From contig NC_043000.1 of assembly GCF_006345805.1 (NCBI RefSeq), positions 137,206,001 through 137,270,000 on the forward strand: 64,000 bases of DNA. Reading direction: 5' to 3'. The position numbers and the translations under genes were made by a program. Below are positions 27,548 through 41,585 of the stretch, in pieces. Numbering within the stretch: position 1 is the stretch's first letter; each line of letters opens with the position of its first letter. The DNA is from Octopus sinensis (taxonomy: Eukaryota). The notes beneath the pieces were generated by a model, which saw nothing but the letters and a program-made list of their open reading frames with translations, did no database searches and was not told where the DNA came from.

Positions 27548-28899
27548 AGTTTGGGATAGGAATGCGTCGAAGAGATATGCAACTAGTTAGTGAGAGGATT
27601 CGAGGTTATTGCAATAGTGAAGATGACGTTGAAAATGTAATTGTATTCTATCTCAATAAAGAACTTACTTTCTGTTCGGTACTTATTGTTATTTGCTGTA
27701 ATCTATTATTTTCTCTTAAGTGATCTAACTCATCTGTGTCTAATTGACAGACAACAATGATTTCTTTCGAAACAGCAACACCTTTGATATTCGTATGACG
27801 GTGATATAGTCAATTAACGTGAGTTAACGTTTATTAAGAAAGGAAACATTACAGACATGTGCAGCTTCCAGATAATAGTAATTATTATGTTTGTAAGTAT
27901 CGCAAGATCGGTTTTTCAGAAGAAATTTTAACCCAGAACATCTGTAGTTGTAACATAAAAGGAGATTCGTATTCTTCGTAAACTTAGAAAGAAAAACATT
28001 TGTGTGTTTATCAATGTACGAATACAACGACAACGGCGGGGCAATTCAGTAAACCTTTGTCTGAGCAACAGGAAAATTACTGCTTTGACGAAGACAGGAC
28101 GACCGGATTTCTTTTTGAATACACCTCATTCATTAGTATTAGAGTGTAACTAGAATGATATTGTAAGCGAACGCCGCGTTTGAGTGAGACAAGTGCCTAG
28201 AAAGGATAGGACGAAAGACTTCTTAAATCTTTAAACATATTTTCAACAGTCTGATAGATATGAAATTGGCTGGATTATTAGCATGCATCAAATTGGATTT
28301 GAATAAGTTTCGGTTGGTCGCCGAGATCAAACTTAGAATATTTGTTAAGACAGCTGACAGAAATAGTAGAGGTTGTCGATATTTTCGAGTGGTTGATGGC
28401 ATAAAAATAAAATGGAACTTTTAGACACGAACTTGTTTACTGGAATCAGAACGCGATATTTGCGGCGAAGAAAGTAAGCAGAGATCTGATTTATGATTTT
28501 ATTCTACGGGGAAGGATTAGGGATTATAAATAGATGCTAGTAGGTAGATTTGAACATGAAAATTTAAAGAAGAATCGGTATAGACAGGAAATTAGGGTAG
28601 CAAGCCTTATATAGCAGAACGTAATAACAAATCTTGATGGGAATGTCAAAAAGATATCGCAGCTAAATTAGTAGCATTGAGAGTGTATCTAGACCATTAT
28701 TTTCGTAGGCAAACTCGATGGGCGCGTTGTTTAAGCTAATGCAAGTACGCTAAGGCACAAGCACTGAACATGTTCACTGATCTCTATTGGCAGGTGCAAG
28801 TAGTGGCAACTGAATTACGTTGTAGTCTTTGATTGACAGCGGAAGGTGTGTCACATGTTCATTCTCATCATCATCATTATTATTATTATTATTATTATT

Positions 28900-29545
28900 G
28901 CCTTCGCACAGCTTCAAACGCTGGAGATGTACTACAGTGTCAGCTGTTCACTACCAGGTAACACCTCTTATTTTTCGAGCACCTTCCGGAGTATTCGAGC
29001 GGTTCCAAGCAGTGCAGTTTTCTGAAAGTACTCCACCCTTCTTGCAGCTCCTATTTGTTCCACGTACTTCTCGAGATTTTTGCTCAATCTTCCCAGGGCT
29101 CCGACAATTATTGGTACCACTGCTACCTTTTCCATCGACCACAACTGCTTAACCTCCCAAGCTAACCTGTCATATCTCTCGACTTTTCTTTCTTCTTTCT
29201 CGCATAACTTGTCAGCTGGGAATGCTATATCTATGATCCAGCATAGTTTGTTTCCGTTCTCAATTAAGACTATGTCCGGCTTCCTATTCTCTATCTCATG
29301 GTCGCACTGAATTATAAAATCCCATAGGATCTTTGCATTTCTATTTTCGACGATGCCTTCGGGTTTGTAGTCGTACCAATTTTTTGCTCAATCAAGTCCA
29401 TACTTGTTGCAAAATGTCCAATGTACAAGGCTTACTATATTGTCGAGGCGTCTCTTATATTCCTTCAGGGCTAGTGGCGTACATTGGCTGGTAATATGCC
29501 ATACGCTTTTACCGTTTTGTCCACAGATTCTGCACTTATCACTTT
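28900..29545 (-). mobile_element. R4/Dong-clade non-LTR retrotransposon 3' fragment (CCHC finger + restriction-like endonuclease)
   Basis: CRICGQNGKSVWHITSQC...KILWDFIIQCDHEIENRKPDIVLI...IIDIAFP...KVERYDRLAWEVKQLW...PIIVGALG...LLGTARILRKVLEK*; followed by (TAA)n. Confidence 0.85.
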
Positions 29546-29737
29546 ATTTATTTACTTATTTATTATTATTATTATCCCTTCATAAAATCACGGTATGATT
29601 GCAAATGGAAATGCCCATACACATAAATCAGTTCGATTAAGATTGGCATAGGCCAAACCACTACCTCTTGCAGCAGCAGTAGCTGCTGCTGCTGCTACTG
29701 CTACTACTACTGCTACTACTACTACTACTACTACTAA

Positions 29738-30125
29738 GGTGTTGAGCTGGCAGAATCATTAGCACGCCGGGCGAAATGTTTAGCGGTATTTCGTCCGTCG
29801 AAGGCGGCGAGCTGGCACAAACGTTAGCACGTCGGGCGAAATGCTTTGCAGTATTTCGTCTGCCGTTACGTTCTGAGTTCAAATTCCGCTGAGGTCGACT
29901 TTACCTTTCATCCTTTCGGTGTCGATAAATTAAGCACCAGTCACGCACTGGGGTCGATGTAATCGACTTAATCCGTTCGTCTGCCGTTGTTTGTCTTCTT
30001 TGTGTTTAGCCCCTTGTGGGTAGTAAAGAAATTGGTATTTCGCCCGTCGCTACGTTCTTTGTTCAAATTCCGCGAGGTCGACTTTGCCTTTCATCCCTTC
30101 GGATTCGATGAAATAAATACCAGTG
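29738..30125 (+). mobile_element. Family-A SINE nested in an older family-A SINE
   Basis: TSD GGTATTTCGTCCGTCG (29785-29800) / GGTATTTCGCCCGTCG (30034-30049). Confidence 0.8.
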
Positions 30126-30170
30126 AAACAGTGAGGTTGATGATATTGATTCCTTTGTGGAAAAATGTGA

Positions 30171-30217
<47 letters not shown>

Positions 30218-31038
30218 ATTATTATTATTACTACTGTGGCACCATCTGAGTTCAAATTTCGCCGATATCGACTTTAACTTTCATCCTTTTGGGGTCAATG
30301 AATTAAGTACCAGTGAAAAATTGGGGTCGATGGAATACTAGCCACCTCCCCTAAATTTTCTGGTAAAAAGGATAATTATTACTATTTTCGTGGGGACGAT
30401 GATGCAGAAGAAACAAATAATGTTGTTGATAATGATGATGATGATGATGATAATGATGAGTTCACCCTTTGCTAGGATCAAATTTTCTTTTTCTCCCACC
30501 CACCTTTCTGATGTCGATGAAATAAGAATCAGTTAGGTACTGAATGATTTAATTCACTGCACCTTATCCCTAAATCTGTAACCTTCTCGCATCGAAAATC
30601 GCTATTATTATTAATGGAAAACAGCGAGAAAAAAAAGGGAAAATGTATATAGTGTGTGGTGAAAATTGTTCGATAGTTCTTCCACATTATCAGATATTGG
30701 AAAACCCTCAAATATCGAAGTCACTGACAACTTGAAAATAAAAGTAACAAGTCAACAACAGAAGGCAAACACCGAGTAGCCGGAGTCTTATAAGAAATGG
30801 AATTTATCAGGGAATCTTGTTGGATCCTCTTCTTTTTTTATCTAACAATAAAACATTTAAGAGAACTGCTACTGAACCGGATTAACGTTTCATGAGAAAT
30901 AGCAAACCGATAAATCTGTCATGTATTTTTTGACTCGAAACGGTTAATTACTAACAAGGATGTGTAACCGAAGAGAAAGCCTCGATGTAGTTAGTCAACC
31001 TGCTCGAAATGGCAGTCCAAACTCTTACTACATATATA

Positions 31039-31222
31039 TGGAAGTACTCCGTCGGTTACGACGACGAGGGTTCCGGTTGATCCGAATCAACGGAACAGCC
31101 TGCTCGTGAAATTAACGTGTAAGTGGCTGAGCACTCCACAGCACAACGCCCGGTCTGGGAATCGAAACTGCGATCCTATGATCGCGAGTCCGCTGCCCTA
31201 ACCACTGGGCCATTGCGCTTCC
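31039..31222 (-). mobile_element. Internally deleted family-B SINE
   Basis: Head joined directly to tail type 1. Confidence 0.8.
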
Positions 31223-31605
31223 TACATATATATAAATACATACATACATGTGTGTGTGTGTGTGTGTGTGTGTGCGTAAGTGCATGCGTGCGTGTGTTCA
31301 CACTGGAACAATTAAAATTTGGAAGAGTGATTTTATCCATTTAAGATTACATTAACTATTCATTTATTTCTCAACCGCATAAGCCTCTTTTGATACGTGA
31401 AAAAATATCGTCGCTCTACTGCGATCTGCTAAGTAACACAATTCAGAAATGTTATGGAACTATGTCAGCGATTCTATAGCACTTCATGGCGGACGCTCTT
31501 GTTAAGAAATAAACAGAAAGGGGAAAAAGATGCAGATTTTGTTGTGTTCCTTAATGACATTTAATTTATTATATATATGCCGTCCCTCCCCGCGCGCTCT
31601 CTCTC

Positions 31606-31644
<39 letters not shown>

Positions 31645-31780
31645 TACATATATATACGTGTGTGTGTGCATATATATATATACACACATATATATACACG
31701 CATTATATACATTTATATATATATGTGTGTGTGTGTAGAAATATATATACATATATATATATACACGCATTATATACAGT

Positions 31781-31838
<58 letters not shown>

Positions 31839-32349
31839 GTGTGTATATACATACATACATACATATATATATACACACATATATATATGTATTCAGGTTT
31901 ACCTCACCCTACGTCGTTAATTGGTTTCAGGAGACCCGATAAGTCGAAAAACAATCGCAGGAATCACGAGTGACAGCGACGCATAACGGTAGATATTGGA
32001 ACTACAGTGCAATATGAGCTCCAAAAGACCGAAGAATAAGACAACACAGCTGATTTCATGATTTTGTTCACTGAGCCACACTACTCTTTGGTGTGCATCT
32101 TAACATTTACTGTATGCGCTTTAATATTATTTTATATGCTTTTATTCTTATTTATTGTACAGTATCATGATTTTATGTTCTTTTTAACGGTTTTCTAGTG
32201 ATTTCACGATTCCAGTATTTGTGGCGGACAGAGTAAAATGACAACTTGATTTTTATTTTTCCATAATATTATTTTTAAAAAATCGACGTATAATCGAGAA
32301 CACATTAAATCGAAACAACTTAAGCCGAGATATGCCTGTATATTTGTAT

Positions 32350-32685
32350 TACTCTTTTACTTGTTTCAGTCATTTGACTGTGGCCATGCTGGAGCACCGC
32401 CTTTAGTCGAGCAAATCGACTCCAGGACTTATTCTTTGTAAGCCTAGTAGTTATTCTATCTATTGTCAAATGATGTTGGGGGGGGGGGGCAAACACAGAA
32501 ACACAAACGTATATACACACATACATCCATATATATATATATATACATATATATGACAGGCTTTTTTCAGTTTCCATCTACCAAATCCACCCACAAGGCT
32601 TTGGTCTGCTCGAGGCTATAGTAGAAGATACTTGCCCCAGGTGCCACTCAGTGGGACTGAACCCGGAACCATGCGGTTCGTAAGC
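32350..32685 (-). mobile_element. Family-C SINE
   Basis: Matches the C consensus with an internal deletion. Confidence 0.8.
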
Positions 32686-34404
32686 ATATATATATATATA
32701 TATATATATATACGTACACACACTTATATATGCAGTATAGATACCGATAAATCGAGGGGAGAGAAATAGACAGCGGAAATAAAACTTGTGTAGTGAATGC
32801 ATTATGTCTTATCCTAATTATAATTGTATTATTAAAGAAAGTTAAATTAACAAAGGAAAGCCACTAATCTCTAATTATAACATCTACGCAAAACTGCAAA
32901 CAATACCCTTACTTGACACTGAATCACAGAACATGTATGTTTTAAACAAATATATAAATCACAAACTGGTACGCATTGCCAGCACCTGAGGCACACAGAA
33001 GCGAAGGTGGAAATAACAAAGGAAAACTATATTTCACATACTATTCGATTATTCTTTGGTAGTGGTATGATAAATTTACAGAAGCATTCCAAGCGTTTCA
33101 TTATGAAATTGAGAAATTGGGTAGACTATACGTTACACAAGCTGCGTTATATTTACCAAATCTACTGGGACAAAATGGCGTCGTATGCAGACAGAGATTT
33201 ATCTTTCATCATTCATGAAATTGCTTGCAGAAACAAAAGACTTTTTTTTCTGGATCTTCTTACGACGTGATATCCTTTGATCATTGGATTGGATTTTAGT
33301 ATTCATACAAATATTAAACCATTGGGATATTTAATCCATATATTTCCCAACGAAGCTTTAGCGTTGCTTAAATTCCTGTGATCTGGTGGTGAAAGTTAGT
33401 TGTATGTATATCAAGTACAAAACCTTGTAATAGGCAAAAGTAGAAACTGCACATTGAATTTAATGACGACTTAACGCATTTCTGTGCAGTATAAAAATAG
33501 AATAATTCTGACGCATACGCACTCACACACACACAGACACATACACACAGACACATACACACATATAAATAAAGCTTTGTAGATTGTCACGGATTAACAA
33601 ATGATCTGAACTAGATTTAATGTCAGTGTGTAAAATGAAATGCTAGTCTTGGGTCATCGATCCAATTGGTGCAGCTTTTGTTGATTCGTTGAATATATTA
33701 GGAAATCACTGGTGATTTATTGCCACGACTATCTTGATGTTTCCTGGTTAACAAGATTATTATAACGAGGTATATTTTTTAAATTTTTTTTTGTTAGCGA
33801 TATTGTGAACAAATGGGTTCAAATATGTCTTCTATGACATTAATTCAAACATTACTACCACTTTTTGTTGCTGCTATTGCTGTTGCTTGTGATAGCAATG
33901 GAAAAAGCGGTACGGGTTAACATGGGTGGGGACGATATTTTTCTATACTATTTTTGGCGAACTTTGCTGCCCAGCGATGCATCAATTTTTATTATATTTT
34001 TCGTACGAAAACCAAAACAACACTTATAGTTTATACTTCCATTCTTTTTTCTTATCTTCCAATCTTCTTTTCTCTTTCTCTCTTTCGCTCTCTCTCTCTC
34101 TCCCTTTCTCTTATTCTTTCTCAAAGGTTCTTTTACCATAGTTCATTATAGATATTTATAAAGGTATATAACAGTGCGGATAGCCGAATTGGCATTAGAC
34201 CGGACAAAGTGTCAGACACCAGTGGTTCGTATCTTGTTTTTAGTATTTAACTCTTAAACCCCACGTTGAGGTAACTGGTTACTGCAGCATAGAAACACTC
34301 GCATATAAGTCATGATATCACTGTGTAATTAGGTAGCTTATAGTGCAAACGTTCCCGTGATTTTAACTTAAAATATACATCGTTTAACTGACCACTCTAT
34401 AGAG

Positions 34405-34753
34405 CAGGGTTTCCCAATCATTTTTTATCTATGGACCCCTTTGATTATTATGTTATTCTGGTGGACCACCATAGCCATTCGATGTTTAAAAACTAATTTT
34501 TAAGAAACTGCTTTCAAAATTCCTATTTTGTCATTCACACATTAACTTGTGTATGTTGAAAAATGTAAAAATGCTAGAGAAAGAAACCTAGCAGTTTCTT
34601 CCAATAAATATTAACACATACATCTAAAGCAACTTTTTTCAGGGGCCCTTAAAATACTTTTATGTGTCCCCAATTTATCATTTTGTCGTGTGGACCCCAC
34701 AAAATCTTATATGAATCCCCAGGGGCCATATTGACTTCGTTTGCGAACCACTG
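34405..34753. mobile_element. hAT (Charlie-type) MITE
   Basis: CAGGGTTTCCCAA...TTGCGAACCACTG ends; 8-bp TSD CTATAGAG/CTCTAGAG. Confidence 0.8.
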
Positions 34754-35820
34754 CTCTAGAGTTTCCTTTAATGCAATACTTAACATGTAGCCTATTGTGG
34801 TTTACATGTCTGTACACCTCCACATATATACATTAATGTAATAGAGAAATGCTGTTGCTTCGACTTCTGACCTATTGTACTGAGCATATGCAAAAGTTAA
34901 CAGAAAAGGGTATGATAGCTTCGCAATATTGGTTTCCATTAGTTGAGGTTACATCATTTGTGCTAAATGCATAACGAACATAGGAAGCCATGCTTATCAA
35001 AGAATTAAAAAAAACATTCGTTAATCATCGCTAAAGTTTTAGAGACGTAAAGTAAGTGATTGTCAAAAGTTCAAAAAATTTTTTAGATCAGATCCTTGTG
35101 ATTTTAGATTGATGTAAAAATCAAACATTTTAGGTCTTTTGCTATAAATAAGGAGAGAAACTATTTAAGCAGGCAATACTATTTAGTACCATTAACGCAG
35201 AACATAAAAATAGAAAAAAATTTTTTTAACTAAAGATTGCGTATCAAATCAGAAATCGTTAAAATTATAATACAGCGTGAAAAAAAATACCAGAAAATAA
35301 TAATTACTAAATAAAAACTGAAAGGCTATATGTCAAATAAATATTTTCAAACTTTAAAGAAATTTAGAGTAACGGTTTATTTCATACTTTTCCTGAAGAG
35401 TTTCTATGATGAGAATAAAAAAGAAAAGTTACACTCTATCAAAGCAAATTCAAGGCATTAGTGCAATCTTAGTGCCGTATACAAAATTCAACATCGCATC
35501 TATATACACTATGTCTAAGGTAGGGTTATTGCGCGAGAACCATCTCTCTGTACATACGTTCATTCATCCATCCATGCATACACATATACACATATTTACA
35601 TACATAATTGTGTGTGAGAGATTTATTAGCAATAAAGCAAAGATGGAGTAACACTTGCCAGTGTGTAGATTGTGATATATATATATGAATATATACATAC
35701 ATATATACGCACACACGCCTATATGCATATATACACATATATGCACATATATGTATATATATATATATATATATGCACATATATGCACATATATGTATAT
35801 ATATATGCACATATATCTAT

Positions 35821-35970
35821 ATATATGTATATACATAAGCACATATGTATGTATATGTATATACATAAGCACATATGTATGTATATGTATATACATAAGC
35901 ACATATGTATGTATATGTATATACATAAGCACATATGTATGTATATGTATATACATAAGCACATATGTAC
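35821..35970. repeat. 30-bp minisatellite, ~5 copies (GTATATGTATATACATAAGCACATATGTAT)
   Basis: Near-perfect period 30. Confidence 0.9.
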
Positions 35971-37174
35971 ATGTCTATGTCTATATATGTATAATTATAT
36001 GTACACACATACACATATGTATACATACATTCATATATAGAACATTCACACATACGTTTGTACACGCACATACATGTATATACGCTTACATTTCCCTGTC
36101 TAAAGACGTCCAAATCATAATTAGACTTCAAAATCATACCTAAGGCCTCATAAATCTAACCACACACAGAGAAGTGTGTAATCTTCAGTGTATCTAAGAA
36201 CACATGAATACCAGCAGAAGGTTACAACGATATCGGTTTACAAGCTTTAATTACTGATCTTTCTCTCACCCTCTTTCTTATTCTCTCTCACGTATACATA
36301 CCTGACAGCATGCATTTTTATTACGTACGTAATATAAATTATCGAGGAAGAAATGAATAGGTGCCTGTTGTACTCGAGAAAGATGATTTTTTCATTATTC
36401 TTAATGTGTCACAAGTTTACGTAAGTATGGCCCGGAGTAATAATAGCGTCCAGTTGTGGTATTGTTCCTTTATTGACATTGAATAATAAAATCGGCCAAG
36501 GTATTCATAAAATCTTCATAGAAGAGATGTTAGTAGTTCAAATTCACTTAAACAAATGATGGCAATTATCCAGTGAGATACGTTATAATAATGTCTTAAA
36601 TGGTAGGTTTAAGGAAACCATACATAAACATAAGTAAAAAGAGACAAAAGAATATAAAAAAAACAGAAAACATTTCACCCTACACAGTTTTTTTTGAATC
36701 CACAGCTTTCTTAAAGTTTCTAATTTCATCTTATTTATAAAAAAAAAGGTGGTTATGTTGTAAGTGCGCCTTCGCCCACGCTCTTTCCCGCGCGTGGGCA
36801 TACATGTTTATCCATGTACGTATGTACTGTACGCACGCAAACGCACGCACACGCACAGACACACACACACATACAAACACATACAGTCAGACACGTATAC
36901 ATACACAGACACACACGCACAAACACACACACACAAAAAGTCTAACACACGCAGACACACACACAAACACACAGAGACACACACACAGACATAATACAGA
37001 CACACGCACAGACTCACACACACACACATACTCACACACACACAGTCAAGCACACACAAACACACACACATAGTCAAACACACACATACACACACACATA
37101 TGAATACATAAATATATATACATATACACAACTGTTATATGGTCAGATAAAAGGAACAAAGAGGCCCCAATAAA

Positions 37175-37465
37175 CTTTCTTAACTCCGAGATATCTCGAC
37201 TATGGAAAATGAAGAAGTTGAAGAAAGTGTCAGATTGGCACAGCCAGCTATTGCTGAATCCTCGGAGACAATATGAGAAGGAATCAAGAGGAGTATAAAG
37301 GGAATCGAAGTAGAGTGCCCAGGAGAACTGTTAAAACTCAGCTTTCCTCCCTGGCACGGCCAAACTCACCAGGAAAGTATGAGATAGTTAAAAATAACAG
37401 ATAGCTACAGATTGCAAGCGCGCAATGCATGCAAGACTGAAAGAGTTCTAACTAAACCTGAGTTA
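37175..37465 (+). mobile_element. Older, decayed R4/Dong 3' end
   Basis: EISRLWKMK...GIKRSIKGIEVECPGELL...PGTAKLTRK; similar to 38130-38315; followed by TAA repeats. Confidence 0.6.
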
Positions 37466-37479
37466 ATAATAATAATAAA

Positions 37480-37819
37480 GGGTAAAGACCCCCTTCGGTC
37501 ATGAATGACCATGGGATTGCACCTAGAAAGTTACCCTCCTAGACACAAGTCCGGGCAAGGTTGTTTATGGAAGACCAGCAGTTGCCCATGCATACCAGCC
37601 TCCCCTCTCCACGCCACCAGTGTTATCCAAGGGAAAGACAAAGGTCGATACAGCTTGGCATCAGTGACGTCGCAACTCATTTCTACAGCTGAGTGAACTG
37701 GAGCAACGTGAAATAAAGTGCCTTGCTCAAGAACACAACACGCAGCCCGATCCGGGATTCGAGCTCACAACCTCACGATCGTAAGCTCGACGCTCTAACC
37801 ACTGAGTCATGCGCCTTCA
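37480..37819 (-). mobile_element. tRNA-SINE, fourth tail type; partial relative at 21245-21430(+)
   Basis: Head TGAAGGCGCATGACTCAGTGGTTAGAGCG...TCGAATCCC; flanked by AAT repeats. Confidence 0.8.
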
Positions 37820-37848
37820 TAGAATAATAATAATAATAGTAATAATAA

Positions 37849-38400
37849 CGTGCTACATTGGAAATTGCACGAAAAGTGAGGGCTAGAGAGAGAAGCAAGA
37901 CGTGGTAGGAACATAAACCGCAGAGAGTGGCGAAGTGGGAGACTTGCAAAATCCTCTGGGATTTCTCAATCCAAGCAGATCAGGTGCTAGGACATAAAAC
38001 ACCGGACTTAGTCGTGGTTGACAAGAGGTACCATATGTAATATATATAGTTGATGTTGCGTGCCCCTTAGACTAACGAATAGTCAAGAAGGAAGGCGAAA
38101 AAGTAGATAAATACAACCTCTTACGTACTAAATAGCCCGGCTATGGAAAATGAAGGTAAAGGCAGTGCCGATAATTGTCGCGTCCTTGGGGACAGTATCA
38201 GAAGGCATCAAAAAGAATATAAAGGAAATTGGAATAGAGTCCCCAGTAGAACTGCTACCAAAGTTTTGCCTCCTTGGCACGACCAGAATAATCAGGAAAG
38301 CATTAGATAGTTGAAAAATGCTAGATAACATGGAACCGTAGCCTGTAGACAACAAGCCCGTTATGCATGCAAAACTCTAGGAGTTCCAACAAAACTTAAA
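37849..38400 (+). mobile_element. R4/Dong-clade 3' fragment
   Basis: KILWDFSIQADQVLGHKTPDLVVVDKR...VDVACP...EKVDKY...RLWKMKVKAVPIIVASLGTV...LLGTTRIIRKALDS*; TAA repeats upstream. Confidence 0.85.
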
Positions 38401-38550
38401 AAAAAAATAATCATAATAATCGACCCCAGTACTCAACTTGTAATTATTTCCTCGACCCAGAAAGGATGAAAGGTGAAGTCGACCTCGGCGGAATTTGAAA
38501 CCAGAACGTGAAGACGGACGAAATACCGCTACGCATGTTGTTCAGTGCGC

Positions 38551-38607
<57 letters not shown>

Positions 38608-38750
38608 GAACAACAAAATCAACAACAACAACAATAATAATAATAAATATAAAAATATTAATAATAATAACAACAACAATAATAATAATAAAATAATTAA
38701 TAATAACAACAACAACAATAATAATAATAATTAATAATAACAACAACAAC

Positions 38751-38784
<34 letters not shown>

Positions 38785-38946
38785 GCAACAGCAACAACAA
38801 TGATAATAATAATAATTAATAATAACAACAACAACAACAATAATAATAATAATTAATAATAACAACAACAACAACAACAATAATAATAATAATTAATAAT
38901 AACAACAACAACAATAATAATAATAATAATTAATAACAACAACAAC

Positions 38947-38977
<31 letters not shown>

Positions 38978-38995
38978 GCAACAGCAACAACACCG

Positions 38996-39057
<62 letters not shown>
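38551..39057. repeat. (AAT)n/(AAC)n compound microsatellite
   Basis: Seen directly. Confidence 0.95.
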
Positions 39058-39058
<1 letters not shown>

Positions 39059-39609
39059 GCCCTGATGCAGTACCAGGCAGTGGCTCTCATGGCTTCTGAT
39101 CTTAACTGATTGGAAGTGTTATCATGTACATTGTTTTGTCTTGGTATAAAAGATGGGCTACAGCAAATATTCTGCTCAATACCACAGATTGCTTGTCAGT
39201 TGTTTGACCTTAACCAGTTGAGCATGTCCCTTAGTGGCTGACGATATGTGCATCTTGATCACGAGCAGAAGTAGTGGGGGAGCATCATAGCCATGTGTTG
39301 AGAGGGATTCTTTGGGGTTTGAATAATTCACCTCTGGAAACATGGGTGGTTCTTTCAACATCCTTAAACAGCCCTTATTCAGGGACCTTTTGAGCGGGAT
39401 GGCTACTCAACCTGAAGAAAATTCTAACTGGGCCCCACCTGCAAGGTCATGTGCTGTTTATCTTGATATGAGTCACCATGTCGCGCACATATGGTTGTGA
39501 TGCATGTGCCTGGTGTATCTTTATCAGACGGGTAGTCATGATGGGTATATTGGGCTTCGTATATTTTACCCCAGTGTCACTTTGATGGCATGAACTGCTC
39601 TCTCACTCA
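39058..39609. mobile_element. ~550-bp unclassified non-coding interspersed element embedded in (TAA)n
   Basis: Sharp GC-richer block flanked on both sides by AAT repeats; no tRNA head or TIR seen. Confidence 0.5.
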
Positions 39610-40007
39610 ATAATAATAATAATAATAGATATAGTAACAAAAACAACAGCGACTATTCTTAATAACATTTACTGCAATCACACGTGCATATTTCTATAAT
39701 ACCCTGTTATTGTGAATGATATTTCCAGCGTTACTATTCACTGCGTACAAGCAGAAGTCCAAAAGGGAAAATATCAATAATATTTTCATGAAAAATTTTC
39801 CATTTCTCATCCTGCTTATCTTTCGATCTTGCTGTCTCTTATTTCCTCTTCTTTTATTATTTTTTTTACCACAATTTTTCTCTAGCACTACTTTACTTAT
39901 GCCCTACTTTTTCCAAATTTAACCTTGTGTTCCTTTCCCAATTTTATTTTGGTTTTTGTTCTCTTCCGTATTTTAATATTTTTTTCTCATTAATATAGAT
40001 ATAAATA

Positions 40008-40068
<61 letters not shown>

Positions 40069-40500
40069 TATATATGCATATATATAGAAATGTATATATA
40101 CATATGTAATATATATATATATATGCATATATATATAAATATACATATGTAATATATATATGTATATATACATATATATATGTAATGCATATGTATTTAT
40201 ACATATATATGCATATATATATGTGTGTGTATATACACATATATATACATATATATATGTGTGTGTATATACACATATATATGTATAGATATATACGTGT
40301 ATATATGTAATATATATATACACACACATATATATACGCATACACACACATACACACATATATACACACACACATATACACACACACATATATACACACA
40401 CATATATATACACACACATATATACACACACATACACATATACACACACACGCACACATATATATATATATACACGCGCACACATCGCACAAACACACAC
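40008..40500. repeat. Compound TA/CA microsatellite
   Basis: Seen directly. Confidence 0.9.
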
Positions 40501-41266
40501 AAACGGTCACACCCATAAACGCACATGAAACCTAGATAGCAGCTGCACAGACACAGACGTACACATGCACGCCACCCCTCCCCCACGCCACGCAAACTGA
40601 CACAAACGCTCGCGCCTCTCTGCGTTCTCTCTCACATCTGTAAATCCTGCAAACAGATAAACACTCAAACACACATATACACGCATATATGTTATAATTA
40701 TCAAATACAGTTTTTTTTTCTTCTCTTCCTTACGTATATTTTTTTTATCCACGTTCGTTTAGTCGTTGTTTCTTTATCTAATTGTTTTGGTTGCAATAAA
40801 TTTGTTTCTTTTGTTACTTTCGACACGAGAGGTGAATAAAACAACAACAATACCATCAACAACAAACAAACAAAAACAATAAATATTGTTGAGAGAAAAA
40901 AAAATTAAACAAATAAAGCATTATATATTTTCATGTAATTTTCATCAAAATGACTCTTTTTCGAGAACACAGCAATATCGGAAGTAAAAAAAAAAATGAA
41001 TATAATAAAACAACGATAGAAACGAAAGAATACATAACAAATGAAAGACATAAAGTTTGTTTATTTCTTCCTTCCCTGTATTGAACTTTTATCAGAGAGA
41101 ATCAATCATATGTCTCTAAAAGTTATCATATATATCTTGAATTCGAAATGGAAGAGCTGGAACTTCTAGTATGAAAAGGAGGCTTGGTTTATTTTGCACT
41201 GAAGAACTGAAGAGGTACGAATCAAAAGTTATGTGTAACTTTTGCAATGGTACTACATCTGTTAAG

Positions 41267-41585
41267 TGGAGGCGCAATGGCCTAGTGGTTAGGGCAGCGA
41301 ACTCGCGGTTGGAAGATCGCGGTTTCGATTCCCAGACCGGGCGTTGTGTGTGTGTGTGTGTGTTTATTGAGCACAAACACCTAAAAGCCCCACGAGACTC
41401 CGGCAGGGGTGGGTGGGTGGCGACCCCTGTTGTACTCTTTCGCCACAACTTTCTCTCACTCTCTCTTCCTGTTTCTTGAGTAACGCTGCGATGGACTGGC
41501 GTCCCGTTCAGCTGGAGGGAACACATACGTCACAGAAACCGGGAAACCGGGCCCATGAGCCTGGCTCGGCTTGAAAAGGGCGACG
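41267..41585 (+). mobile_element. Family-B SINE, tail type 2
   Basis: Tail CCGGGCCCATGAGCC shared with 60325-60628. Confidence 0.85.

Noticed and set aside
26480-28700. Possible old CR1/RTE-type LINE fragments (also 13.8-14.4, 15.2-15.5, 30.8, 53.1-53.5 and 59.6-59.9 kb)
   Set aside because: Too decayed to assign family or boundaries by eye.
35821-35970. Regular 30-bp repeats as a CRISPR array
   Set aside because: No unique spacers, derived from microsatellite, eukaryotic context.
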